A DNA stretch of 64,000 nt from an uncultured Pseudomonadales bacterium (GTDB lineage: Bacteria > Patescibacteriota > Microgenomatia > UBA1400 > RBG-16-45-19), in contig CAYYKL010000001.1 in the NCBI GenBank assembly GCA_964441155.1, forward strand, positions 88,393 through 152,392. The letters run 5' to 3'. The stretch's first letter is position 1. Every line of letters begins with the position of its first letter. This document shows, piece after piece, positions 29,762 to 39,252 of the stretch. Both the position numbers and the translations under genes were made by a program. The notes under the pieces are model-generated. The model saw nothing but the letters and a program-made list of their open reading frames with translations, did not search any database and was not told the origin of the DNA.

Positions 29762-30739
29762 ATGCACTTATCATTCTTGCCCTGCCTCGTGGATCCAATT
29801 TCTCATAGTCCACTGCAAATTAAAGTGACAAAAAGAAGAGGATCGTTTATAGACGAAGGCTCATTGATAGGTAGAAAATCCATATACCCAATAGTTCATG
29901 GAATTCCCCGTTTTAGTGGATATCAGGATGACAAGAAGTATGCTGATAGTTTTTCTTATCAATGGAACCGATGGGGATTAATCCAGTTTGAGCGATTCAA
30001 TAAGGGCTATCCTATGGAAGGTCATACTCGCACAATTTGGGAACGGGTAACCGGAGTTACCGGGTCTTTAACAGGCAAAACGGTCGTTGATTGGGGTTGT
30101 GGAACGGGAAGATTTATTGAGATTGCTCGGGAGAAAAAAGCTAAAGTAATTGGAATTGATCTAAGTTACTCGGTAGAAATTGCTCAGCAACAATTTGCTG
30201 ATGATCCTAATGTGCTAATCATTCAGGGAGATATCTTAAATTCACCCATTGCACATTCTACAGCAGACTTGGGGTATTCTATTGGGGTGTTGCACCATAC
30301 GCCAAATCCTAAACAGGGTTTTCACGAATTGGTAAAAATGATTAAACCAAAAGGTCGTGTGGCAGTTTCCGTGTATGGGACTTCAGGACATTATGTTAAC
30401 CCTGTGGTAAACATGTATCGTCAAGTTTTCAAGTATTTGTGGCCCGTTTTGAAACATTATCCGCCTCTAATATATTCGTACTCAGTTGTGTATGGGATTA
30501 ACCCCATAAAGAAGTTGCCAATCCTTAGAAATTTGATGTGGCCGCTTTTTTCTATGTTCCCATCTATTGATTTACCAGATCCTCGATGGTCAGTGCTGGA
30601 CACGTTTGATAGTGTTACTCCAACATATCAAAAAGGATTATCTTTATATGAAGTTTTTGATTGGTTTAAGTCAAACAAATTATCAGAGATTGAGCCAGCT
30701 GATTGGAAAGGTACGTGCCTGAGGGCGTATAAAAAATAA
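29762..30739 (+). CDS. Class I SAM-dependent methyltransferase
   Basis: VVDWGCGTGRFIEIA...VIGIDLS (motifs I and II). Confidence 0.6.
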   Translation: MHLSFLPCLVDPISHSPLQIKVTKRRGSFIDEGSLIGRKSIYPIVHGIPRFSGYQDDKKYADSFSYQWNRWGLIQFERFNKGYPMEGHTRTIWERVTGVTGSLTGKTVVDWGCGTGRFIEIAREKKAKVIGIDLSYSVEIAQQQFADDPNVLIIQGDILNSPIAHSTADLGYSIGVLHHTPNPKQGFHELVKMIKPKGRVAVSVYGTSGHYVNPVVNMYRQVFKYLWPVLKHYPPLIYSYSVVYGINPIKKLPILRNLMWPLFSMFPSIDLPDPRWSVLDTFDSVTPTYQKGLSLYEVFDWFKSNKLSEIEPADWKGTCLRAYKK

Positions 30740-30742
30740 TAT

Positions 30743-32557
30743 ATGTGCGGTATTACTGGTTTAATAGCACCTAAAAATCAGCAGAATTCTGTTCGCTTGG
30801 ATCGGATGGTGCAAAGTTTGAAGCATCGTGGGCCTGATGCTCATGCATCTTACTGGTTTTCTGAAGCCGGCCTGGGTCACACACGGCTGGCAGTGGTTGA
30901 CTTAAGCCCAACCGGATCTCAGCCAATGCTGAGTCGAAATAAACAATTGGGCATAACTTTTAATGGGGAAATCTATGGGTATCAGCACCTAAAAAAGTCA
31001 TTTTCAGATTATCCATTTATATCGACATCTGATACTGAAGTAATTCTGGCGCTCTATGAGAAGTATGCAGAAAACATGCTGACGCGTTTACCGGGTCAAT
31101 TTGCTTTTGCGCTCTGGGACGATAAGGGCAAAACCTTGTTCGCCGCACGTGATCGAATGGGAGAAAAACCTTTTTACTATGCTTTTGGCCCTCATGGAGA
31201 ATTTCTCTTTGCTTCAGAAATGAAAGCCCTGTTGGCCAGTAATCTCATTAAACCTGAAATTGATCAAGATTCACTGAGTTATTATTTACAACATTTATAT
31301 GTTCATCCTCACAAAACAATATATAAAAATATCTACACCCTCCCACCCGCTCATGAACTTATCTATAAAGCAGGTAAAGTAAAAGTGAAGCGCTATTGGC
31401 ATTTGCCCAAACTTAACCATGCTATTGGGCTTGATGAAGCTATCGCAAGATTTCAACAGCTATTGACAACTGCTGTTCAAAAGCAATTGGTTGCTGATGT
31501 TCCTGTGGGAGCTTTTTTAAGTGGTGGCATCGATTCGAGCTCAATCGTTGCTCTGGCGTCTCAGCTTCACCCCAACCTAACTACATTCTCGTTTGGATTT
31601 GAAGGCAAAAGAAGTGAACTGCCATATGCGCGGCTCGCGGCCAAACGCTATAAAACAAACCACATTGAACTTACAGAAAAAGAAAATATCGCAGAGTTAT
31701 TGTTAAAAATGCAAGAAGTCTACGATGAACCCTTTGCGGATTCATCTAATATTCCCACCTACCTTATATCGAAACTGGCCCGCGAGCATACAACCGTTGC
31801 CTTAACCGGAGACGGCGGGGATGAAATATGTGGCGGCTATGCTCATTGGTATCGGCCGTTATATTGGATGCTAAACGAGAAACCCTATTTTGGAAAATCC
31901 TTTTTACTTTCCTTAGCGACTCATTTCATGCAAAAGTTTAATCAGCCTCAGGCCAGAGAGCTCCTCTATCGTCAAGCAGGATTAACGTTACAAAACGACA
32001 CCGATTCCATAATTCAAGCTCATGATAAACAAAATCACTATTTTAGTAACTCAGAAATTAAACACTTAGGTTTAAAACCATATTCCATGAACCAGATTGC
32101 TTATTCCAATACTATGGAATCAGTTTTCGCCATGGACGTGGAAGACTACCTGCCAGGAGATGTTTTAGTGAAAACGGATCGAGCTTCCATGGCACATGGT
32201 TTAGAGCTGAGGGCACCTTTTCTAGATGTGGACTTAATTGAATTTTGCCTTTCCTTGCCCTTCACTCTTAAGCTAACACGCTCTGAAGATAAACATCTCC
32301 TAAGAAAAGCGTTGGACCAACAACTACCTAAAGAAATCATAAAACGACCCAAACAAGGTTTTGGCGCACCCATAGTTACTTGGCTGCAAAGAACTGATGT
32401 TCAAGAACTTATCGCAGAAAATCTTCACAAAAATAACAGAAAGGTTTTCTCACTTTTGCCATTTGATACGGTTCAGGAATTAAGTTCACAACCTACCTAC
32501 AAAACTTGGGTTCTACTAACCCTATCTTTATGGCTTGAAAATCGAGACTATTTGTAA
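30743..32557 (+). CDS. Asparagine synthase (glutamine-hydrolysing) family amidotransferase
   Basis: N-terminal MCGITG (Ntn Cys2), PP-loop SGGIDSS, 604 aa. In a glycan locus this is probably a WbpS-like sugar amidotransferase rather than AsnB proper. Confidence 0.8.
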   Translation: MCGITGLIAPKNQQNSVRLDRMVQSLKHRGPDAHASYWFSEAGLGHTRLAVVDLSPTGSQPMLSRNKQLGITFNGEIYGYQHLKKSFSDYPFISTSDTEVILALYEKYAENMLTRLPGQFAFALWDDKGKTLFAARDRMGEKPFYYAFGPHGEFLFASEMKALLASNLIKPEIDQDSLSYYLQHLYVHPHKTIYKNIYTLPPAHELIYKAGKVKVKRYWHLPKLNHAIGLDEAIARFQQLLTTAVQKQLVADVPVGAFLSGGIDSSSIVALASQLHPNLTTFSFGFEGKRSELPYARLAAKRYKTNHIELTEKENIAELLLKMQEVYDEPFADSSNIPTYLISKLAREHTTVALTGDGGDEICGGYAHWYRPLYWMLNEKPYFGKSFLLSLATHFMQKFNQPQARELLYRQAGLTLQNDTDSIIQAHDKQNHYFSNSEIKHLGLKPYSMNQIAYSNTMESVFAMDVEDYLPGDVLVKTDRASMAHGLELRAPFLDVDLIEFCLSLPFTLKLTRSEDKHLLRKALDQQLPKEIIKRPKQGFGAPIVTWLQRTDVQELIAENLHKNNRKVFSLLPFDTVQELSSQPTYKTWVLLTLSLWLENRDYL

Positions 32558-32566
32558 GGATCTATC

Positions 32567-33568
32567 ATGAGTGTTCCTCTTGTTTCAGTGGTAATGGCTG
32601 TACATAACGGCGAAGCGTTTATTTCAGAATCAATCGACAGTATTCTTAACCAAACGTGGACAAACTTTGAATTACTCATTATTGACGACGCATCGACCGA
32701 TAAAACGACGACATTAATCAAAGATTTTAGCGATCATCGCATTAAACTTTTTAAGCTGCCTAAAAAAAATGGATTATCAAAAGCTTTGAACATAGGCTTG
32801 CAACACGCTCAAGGGAACTACATTGCTCGAATGGATGCCGACGATAGTAGCCATCCTCAGAGATTAACTGAGCAAATTGCTTTCATGGAAAAGAATAGCG
32901 ACGTTGTTCTTTGCGGGAGCTTTATCAAGAGCATAGGAAATTCGCATCAAACCACAACATACCCCGTCGACTCAGAACTTTTAAAAACCAGTCTTTTATT
33001 TGGCTCACCCTTTGCCCATCCGAGTGTCATGATTCGCGCGGATGTTCTCAAAAAAAATAAACTTGAATACAATGAAGCATTGTCCACAGCCCAAGACTAT
33101 GAGTTATGGACTCGCTTAAGCCTCTTTGGTAATTTTGCCAATATACCTAAAGTATTGTTGCACTACAGGAAACACAGCAAACAAACAAGTAAAACCAAGA
33201 GGGCGCTGCAATTACAAACTGCTTACGCGCTGTCTCTCAAAGTTCTGAGCTCAATAAATGTGTCTCCCCGACCAGACCAGGCTTCTGTTCACCAAGCATT
33301 AGTAGCTCATCGTTATGACAATGCCACTGAGCGAAACGTCGTTTTTTGGCTTAACACAATTTTTACTGCTAATGAAAAAACAACTGTGTTTAATCGCCGT
33401 GCCATAAAAAAAACATTGACCAACTTATGGCTAGAAGTAGCTCTACAACAAAGAGTCTCTTTGGTGCAGGTTTTTAAATCGCTACTGAAAGAACCTTTTA
33501 TCCTTTTTGACAAAACTCTATATTGTAGAGTTTCTATATTGTGCGGCAAAAAGGCTTTCAGAATATGA
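32567..33568 (+). CDS. Glycosyltransferase family 2
   Basis: VSVVMAVHNGEAFISESIDSILNQTWTNFELLIIDDASTD...RMDADD. Confidence 0.75.
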   Translation: MSVPLVSVVMAVHNGEAFISESIDSILNQTWTNFELLIIDDASTDKTTTLIKDFSDHRIKLFKLPKKNGLSKALNIGLQHAQGNYIARMDADDSSHPQRLTEQIAFMEKNSDVVLCGSFIKSIGNSHQTTTYPVDSELLKTSLLFGSPFAHPSVMIRADVLKKNKLEYNEALSTAQDYELWTRLSLFGNFANIPKVLLHYRKHSKQTSKTKRALQLQTAYALSLKVLSSINVSPRPDQASVHQALVAHRYDNATERNVVFWLNTIFTANEKTTVFNRRAIKKTLTNLWLEVALQQRVSLVQVFKSLLKEPFILFDKTLYCRVSILCGKKAFRI

Positions 33569-34740
33569 ACATTGTTTTTATAGGGACTATTGATACCAGA
33601 GGCGGCGCTGCAAAGATATCCTGGAGTTTAAAGAGGGAACTAACCGAAAAAGGTCACCAAGTAAGTATGTTTGTGGGAAATAAATACTCTCAAGATCCTT
33701 GCGTCTATCAGATTCCCTGGTATCGAGGCCAATTCTTTCTAGAGCGTTTTTTTGCCAATGATCTAGCTTTCCCTAAAACTGATTATTTAGTTAATCATCC
33801 AATTATTCAGTCTGCTGACATAATACATTGCCACAATTTGCACAGTAGTTTTTTTAACTTAGGCACATTGCCAAAATTAGCTCAAATTAAACCCCTTGTT
33901 TGGACTCAACACGACTTATGGTCGATCACGGGAGGCTGTACCGATAGCCACACTTGCTCTCTTAACAAGCCATCCAGAATTGCATATCACTTTGGAGACA
34001 CGAGAGCGCATTTACTTAAAACGAAGCAGCAACTGTACCAACAAGCCTCGTTTACTGTTGTTGCTAATTCTCAATGGATGTTAAACCAGCTTAGCGGCAG
34101 CATCTTGGGAGACAAACCTCTTCACTTAGTGCGAAATGGTATTGATACGAGATTGTTTAAACCAATCGATAAAAAAAGTGTGCGCAAGAAGCTAGGCATT
34201 CCTCCAGATGCTTTTGTAGTCTTGTTTGCCGCAAAAGGTGGCTTACGCAATAAACTAAAAGGCTCAGATTATTTTGTTTCGTTGCTTCAAAATTATAAAA
34301 ATAAAGATATATACGGCATTTGTGTGGGCTCGGAAAAAACATTGACCGAAGAAAAGTCGATTCCTTGGCTAAAAATCGTGCCCTTCCTAACAGAGTCTTC
34401 TAAAATGGCTGAGCATTATTGCGCTGCCGATGTTTTTGTTTATCCAACTTTAGCTGATTCATTTGGTCTTGTCGCAGCAGAAGCGATGGCCTGTGGAACA
34501 CCTGTCCTTACTTTTAATACAGATGCTCTACCCGAACTGGTTGAGCACAAAGTTAATGGATATGTTGCGAAGTACCAAGATGCAGATGATTTGTTAAACG
34601 GTTTGAAGTGGATTCAAAAACTGACTCTATCGGCAAAAAAATCAATCGCAAAAAAATCGAGGACCAAAATAGTTGATGATTTTTCACTGGAAACCATGAC
34701 CAGCAACTATCTCCAACTTTATGAAAAACTGTTAAGTTAG
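33565..34740 (+). CDS. Glycosyltransferase family 4
   Basis: ADVFVYPTLADSFGLVAAEAMACGTPVLTF. The track start at 33541 is GTG. The ATG at 33565 makes a 4-bp overlap with the upstream stop. Confidence 0.75.
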   Translation: MNIVFIGTIDTRGGAAKISWSLKRELTEKGHQVSMFVGNKYSQDPCVYQIPWYRGQFFLERFFANDLAFPKTDYLVNHPIIQSADIIHCHNLHSSFFNLGTLPKLAQIKPLVWTQHDLWSITGGCTDSHTCSLNKPSRIAYHFGDTRAHLLKTKQQLYQQASFTVVANSQWMLNQLSGSILGDKPLHLVRNGIDTRLFKPIDKKSVRKKLGIPPDAFVVLFAAKGGLRNKLKGSDYFVSLLQNYKNKDIYGICVGSEKTLTEEKSIPWLKIVPFLTESSKMAEHYCAADVFVYPTLADSFGLVAAEAMACGTPVLTFNTDALPELVEHKVNGYVAKYQDADDLLNGLKWIQKLTLSAKKSIAKKSRTKIVDDFSLETMTSNYLQLYEKLLS

Positions 34741-35781
34741 AGACATTAAGTAACTTATTAATGTCTTTCCTAATTGCAGTGGAGTGAATTGCTGTACGTA
34801 AAGTTTGTGAGCATTACTAGCAAGTTTTTTGCTCAAGCTCGGGTTTTGTTTTAGTTGCAAAATTTTATCCGCAATATCCTGAGAATCGGCAATATTAGTC
34901 ATTAAACAAGTGACTCCATCTTCCAGTATTTCAGCAATGCCTTTTGTGTTAGCTGTTATATAAGGTATGCCTGCAGCCAGAGATTCATATGCTTTATGAG
35001 GAATGGTACGATTTAAGCGGTCATTGTTAGCAAACTGTCCCAGCATAATGTCTGCGGTTTTTAATTGAAAATTAAGTTCTTTGTGAACCATGTTTTCAGT
35101 AATCAGAGTTACTTTAGTTAACTGAAGCTGATTGTAAAGTGCTCTAATTTTTATAAGTTCGAATCCATTGCCTATGATGGTAAATCGAATATTCTCATTC
35201 TCTAATATTTTTGCAGCTTGAAGAATATATTCGACACCAGCTTCAGGAAGAAATTTCCCTCGAAAAATGACTTGCATTGGCAAGGTAACAGAATGTTTTC
35301 CTAATTGAGTAAAGGCATCGTCAGCCCCGGTATAAACTACTGCCAATTTTTTTGGGCTAATCGAATAAGTTTTTGCAACAAAATTTTTTTGTGCTTTGCT
35401 TTCCAACAAAACAAGATCTGAAAGCGAAAAAGTAAGCCAGTCAAAAAAACGCGCTCTCCATAAATGCAGAATTGATTTTTGGTGGAGAGATCTTGAAAAA
35501 ATTGCAGGATCAATGAGGGGGCACAATGCATCGAAAACAACAGGTACACCCGCAATCAATTTCGCCAATGGGACTAATAAAAAACTCCCATAACCTACAA
35601 TCATAACGTTAGTTTTTGATTTTATTTTTGAATATGCAGTAAAAAGGGAAATAACATTCAAGGGAAAGCGTGCGTGACTAACAACCAGGTTTACGATGTG
35701 GCCATTTTGCCTTAAGCCTTTGATGTAAATGCGATTTCGAGAAAAATTGGGATCAAAATTGCCAAAATAACAAATATTCAT
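34732..35781 (-). CDS. Glycosyltransferase family 4-like
   Basis: MNICYFGNFDPNFSRNRIY at the N-terminus and KAYESLAAGIPYITANTKGIAEIL in the C-terminal half. Confidence 0.6.
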   Translation of the reverse strand: MNICYFGNFDPNFSRNRIYIKGLRQNGHIVNLVVSHARFPLNVISLFTAYSKIKSKTNVMIVGYGSFLLVPLAKLIAGVPVVFDALCPLIDPAIFSRSLHQKSILHLWRARFFDWLTFSLSDLVLLESKAQKNFVAKTYSISPKKLAVVYTGADDAFTQLGKHSVTLPMQVIFRGKFLPEAGVEYILQAAKILENENIRFTIIGNGFELIKIRALYNQLQLTKVTLITENMVHKELNFQLKTADIMLGQFANNDRLNRTIPHKAYESLAAGIPYITANTKGIAEILEDGVTCLMTNIADSQDIADKILQLKQNPSLSKKLASNAHKLYVQQFTPLQLGKTLISYLMSLT

Positions 35782-36314
35782 GATTTTTGCTTAGTTATAT
35801 ACTCATTCACGGTCATAATTTGTTTGGCTGGATTACCGGCGACCACAACTCCATCGGCTACGTTTTTAGTAACCACCGATCCCGCACCCACCAAGGCACC
35901 ATTTCCTATGGTTACTCCAGGTAATATAATACATCCTGCACCAATAAACACGCTATCTTTAATGACTACTTCACCCCATTTGCTTTTTGGCTCAAGTCCT
36001 TTAAGTTTTCGAAAATGATTGTAAGAAGCGTCATGTGCGATGACTTGCGTATATTCGGTAATAACACAATTACTGCCAATGGTTATTATTGGTCTTCGGA
36101 GCTTCTTGGCTTCAGGGGTTTTATATAAATCAAGACGTACATTGGTGGCAATCCAAGTATTCGAGCCAATGGTCGCGATTCCCCATCTTTGAAAGTATTT
36201 TCCAACAGCGTAATGATCAAAATAAAAAACTATGAAAGTGAGTAGCTTATCGAAAGTTCGAATTAATTCTTTGCCGGTGTCCCATGTTGTAGAAATGAAT
36301 TTTTTTGTGATCAT
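35778..36314 (-). CDS. Sugar O-acetyltransferase, left-handed beta-helix (hexapeptide repeat)
   Basis: IGSNCVITEYTQVIAHD...VVIKDSVFIGAGCIILPGVTIGNGALVGAGSVVTKNV..VVAGNPAK, which is maltose/galactoside acetyltransferase-like. Confidence 0.8.
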   Translation of the reverse strand: MITKKFISTTWDTGKELIRTFDKLLTFIVFYFDHYAVGKYFQRWGIATIGSNTWIATNVRLDLYKTPEAKKLRRPIITIGSNCVITEYTQVIAHDASYNHFRKLKGLEPKSKWGEVVIKDSVFIGAGCIILPGVTIGNGALVGAGSVVTKNVADGVVVAGNPAKQIMTVNEYITKQKS

Positions 36315-36964
36315 TTTTGCGCCTCAAATCTGTATCCCAATGGAAATACCTCTCGTTTGGAAGGTGATAGCTTTATTATTAGCTTGTCTAACAAAACAAG
36401 TGGCAGCAAAATAAATGGGCGTATAAATAAAGGCACAACATCATAAAAAAGATTGTATGAGGAGGTTAAAGGTCCAATTCCAATAAAGGTGATATTGATT
36501 TTGCTGAATCCCGTTTCTTTAAGCATTTTTCTTAAACTCTCTTGCGTATATCGAAAGTAATCGTGTGGGTCAGGGTGAATGCGAATCATGAAGGGCACAA
36601 ATCCGTGTAATTGACCTTTTTCAAGCAAATTGGAATGCGCAAATCGCAAAGCTTGTTTGGGCTGATAGAGATGCTCAAGAAGATTAAAACACAACACATT
36701 ACGATAGATGGGAATTTTTACACTCGGTGGATTTTCTAAATCAATGACTTGATCAACATTGCTGCTGAATTGATCTAGCTTTACCAATTTTTTCACTTTC
36801 TTTATGTCAAGGTGATGGTAGTAAGAGGGATTTTCTCCCGCACCCAAATCCAACACGTTTCCAGTTAATTCAACATTTTTAAGAGAGAAATTCATCATCG
36901 CTCTTAATATACTTTTATTTTGAAGCGTTTGGCGTAATAAAAAACCGATCATAAAATGATTCAT
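36311..36964 (-). CDS. Putative SAM-dependent methyltransferase
   Basis: VLDLGAGENPSYYHHLD resembles motif I. The rest is unassigned. Confidence 0.4.
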   Translation of the reverse strand: MNHFMIGFLLRQTLQNKSILRAMMNFSLKNVELTGNVLDLGAGENPSYYHHLDIKKVKKLVKLDQFSSNVDQVIDLENPPSVKIPIYRNVLCFNLLEHLYQPKQALRFAHSNLLEKGQLHGFVPFMIRIHPDPHDYFRYTQESLRKMLKETGFSKINITFIGIGPLTSSYNLFYDVVPLFIRPFILLPLVLLDKLIIKLSPSKREVFPLGYRFEAQK

Positions 36965-37001
36965 TCTTTATATAATGATTGAGCATGAACCTGGAGCAAG
37001 A

Positions 37002-38117
37002 TCATGTGTTAAACAATTTTATATATGCATTAGAAGCACTTTCTAATGAATAGTTTTTAACTGATGCTTTATTTTCCTTCCCTATTGTCTCAAGATCTGC
37101 ACGAGTTAACAATTGTTCTATTTTTTCTGGAAATTGAGAGGGCTTGCACAAAAACTGACGCTGAAGTGAACCAAAAAGCTCGCGCACGCAGCCCACGTTT
37201 GTGCTCACAATGGGCAAGCCATAAGACATTGCCTCTAAGGTTACTCGGGGAAAGCCTTCTGAGCGCGAAGGCATAATAAATACATCTGCTGTTTTATAGA
37301 GCGCTGCAGTTTGCTCGTGAGTAAGTGCTCCATGAAAGGTTACGCGATTTTCTTGTTTGAGTTTTGCTATTTGAAATTTGAGATTTTCCAAATCTGGTCC
37401 TTCTCCAACAATATGGAAATGAGCGTTTGGAATTCTATCAAGAGTAGTTTTCATGATTTCAGGCAATTCACGACTTCCCTTTCGTGGAGAGATGTGGTGA
37501 ACAAAGAGAATGTTGGTGAGTTCGGGTTTAGGCGTTCGGGGTTCGGGGGAAGGCAGCGGTTTACTCCGTACTCCATACTCCATACTCTGCACCTGCTCCA
37601 CCCAATTCGGAACGATACGGATAGGTTTTTTGAAATTAAAAACGTTGCGATACGAAGTGGCCACGGCCTCATGTCCTGTAACCAAGACATCAGTGAGTTT
37701 CAGGGCAATCTCAAGCATTATATTATTCGGTTTTTGATCATATCGCTCACAATCCCAATAATAAATCGTTAGCTTCTCAGAACGGAAAAGCACGTTTTTT
37801 AATAGCCACGCAATCACCACCGACCAATATGAATAATGGATGTATATGTTTTGGAATCCCTCTTGAATATATTTTTTGACAATCATAAAACGCTCGATCA
37901 AATTAAAGGGCTTTAATTGGAATTTTTGCATGCGAATTACACTGATATTCGAAAAGCTTTTGACAGCTCCATCGCCTGACTCAAAGAGAATTGCCAAATC
38001 AATTTGTTTTCCAGCCACATCAAACAACCAATACCAATAGGGATAATGCGTTGCATCGCTCGTGTTAAACCGCGGAAATATAACTAGTACTTTAGTTTTT
38101 GCATTTTGCTGTTTCAT
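37002..38117 (-). CDS. Glycosyltransferase family 4
   Basis: ADVFIMPSRSEGFPRVTLEAMSYGLPIVST. It contains a Pro/Glu-rich low-complexity linker (SPEPRTPKPE) encoded at about 37540..37610. Confidence 0.75.
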   Translation of the reverse strand: MKQQNAKTKVLVIFPRFNTSDATHYPYWYWLFDVAGKQIDLAILFESGDGAVKSFSNISVIRMQKFQLKPFNLIERFMIVKKYIQEGFQNIYIHYSYWSVVIAWLLKNVLFRSEKLTIYYWDCERYDQKPNNIMLEIALKLTDVLVTGHEAVATSYRNVFNFKKPIRIVPNWVEQVQSMEYGVRSKPLPSPEPRTPKPELTNILFVHHISPRKGSRELPEIMKTTLDRIPNAHFHIVGEGPDLENLKFQIAKLKQENRVTFHGALTHEQTAALYKTADVFIMPSRSEGFPRVTLEAMSYGLPIVSTNVGCVRELFGSLQRQFLCKPSQFPEKIEQLLTRADLETIGKENKASVKNYSLESASNAYIKLFNT

Positions 38118-39252
38118 GAAGGCATTCTAGGAAATTAGTAATCAAGGTTTCTTTTTGGTAATTGTTTTTTAGTTTTGATTGGGCCGCAACCGCCATATCA
38201 AAAAGCTTCTGGGGACGCTTTAGTGCTTGAAAAAGTGCTTGATAAATGCCCTCTGATGAATTGCCTTCAAAAACCACTCCAGTTTTATCATGGACAATAA
38301 GCTCCCCTGCACACCCAACATTACTCATTACGACCGGCACACCAGCGGCCGCTGCTTCAACCACTGCCATCCCCCAGCCCTCATAAAAACTTGGAAAAAC
38401 GAACAAGTTTGACTGGTGTAAATGCTGTTTAACTTGAAGTTTGCTCGCGAATCCTGTGATGTTCACTTTTTTACTCAAACCTAGTTGTGAGATTTTTTGC
38501 CGCAATGCCTTTTCTTGCGAGCCGCCTCCAACAATAGTCAAATGCAAATCAGAATCGTGGTGGATTAGCTTCTCAAATGCTTCGAGTAATTGAACATGAT
38601 TTTTAGCCCAATCAAGCCTGCCCACCGTCACTATGTTAGTGATGCGAGATTTGTTAACAACTTGCTTGTCAAAAAAACTAGTATCGACATAGACCGGAGC
38701 TTTAAATGTTTTTGCAGTGAGTGAGGGCACCAATGCATTTAACGCTGTCAGTGAATGTTTGCTACCGTAGCGAATTGTGTCCGCTTGAGGAAGTATCCAG
38801 GTGCTTAAAATGGTTAGTAGTTGGTTTTGTAAGTTTCTTTTTTGCCACACGGGTGAAACGAGATCTGTAGCGTGAATTTGAATATTCAAAGGAATTCGTA
38901 ACTTTTTTTTAAGCATTACTCCAATAAGACCTGAGATAAATGCGTCTTGAGAGGTTATTAGGTTTATTGGATCACCCTGCTTTGATTGCGACAATGCAAC
39001 ACTAATTCGATAACCATCTAAAACCGTGTGCCAACGACTTTTAGAATTTGTGGGAATAATCTGAAGATTCTTGTTTGTAATTGCATTTAGCGGCTTACTT
39101 TGATTATTCAAAGTATTCAAAACAACAATGGTTAATGCGCCAATATGACGCGCGTACTCCGATTGCCGTTCCAAGGCATTGCCATAGGAACCATCAAGCA
39201 TGGCAGAGTCTAAACTGATCATAAGCAGGTGAAGATGAGAGTATTTTTTCAT
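38092..39252 (-). CDS. Glycosyltransferase family 4
   Basis: SNLFVFPSFYEGWGMAVVEAAAAGVPVVMS. Confidence 0.75.
   Translation of the reverse strand: MKKYSHLHLLMISLDSAMLDGSYGNALERQSEYARHIGALTIVVLNTLNNQSKPLNAITNKNLQIIPTNSKSRWHTVLDGYRISVALSQSKQGDPINLITSQDAFISGLIGVMLKKKLRIPLNIQIHATDLVSPVWQKRNLQNQLLTILSTWILPQADTIRYGSKHSLTALNALVPSLTAKTFKAPVYVDTSFFDKQVVNKSRITNIVTVGRLDWAKNHVQLLEAFEKLIHHDSDLHLTIVGGGSQEKALRQKISQLGLSKKVNITGFASKLQVKQHLHQSNLFVFPSFYEGWGMAVVEAAAAGVPVVMSNVGCAGELIVHDKTGVVFEGNSSEGIYQALFQALKRPQKLFDMAVAAQSKLKNNYQKETLITNFLECLHETAKCKN

Noticed and set aside
37540-37610. Short direct repeats (ctccatact x2, ggggttcggg) suggestive of a CRISPR or repeat element
   Set aside because: There are only two or three short units, inside a GT4 coding frame, where they encode a Pro/Glu-rich linker. 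This is not an array.
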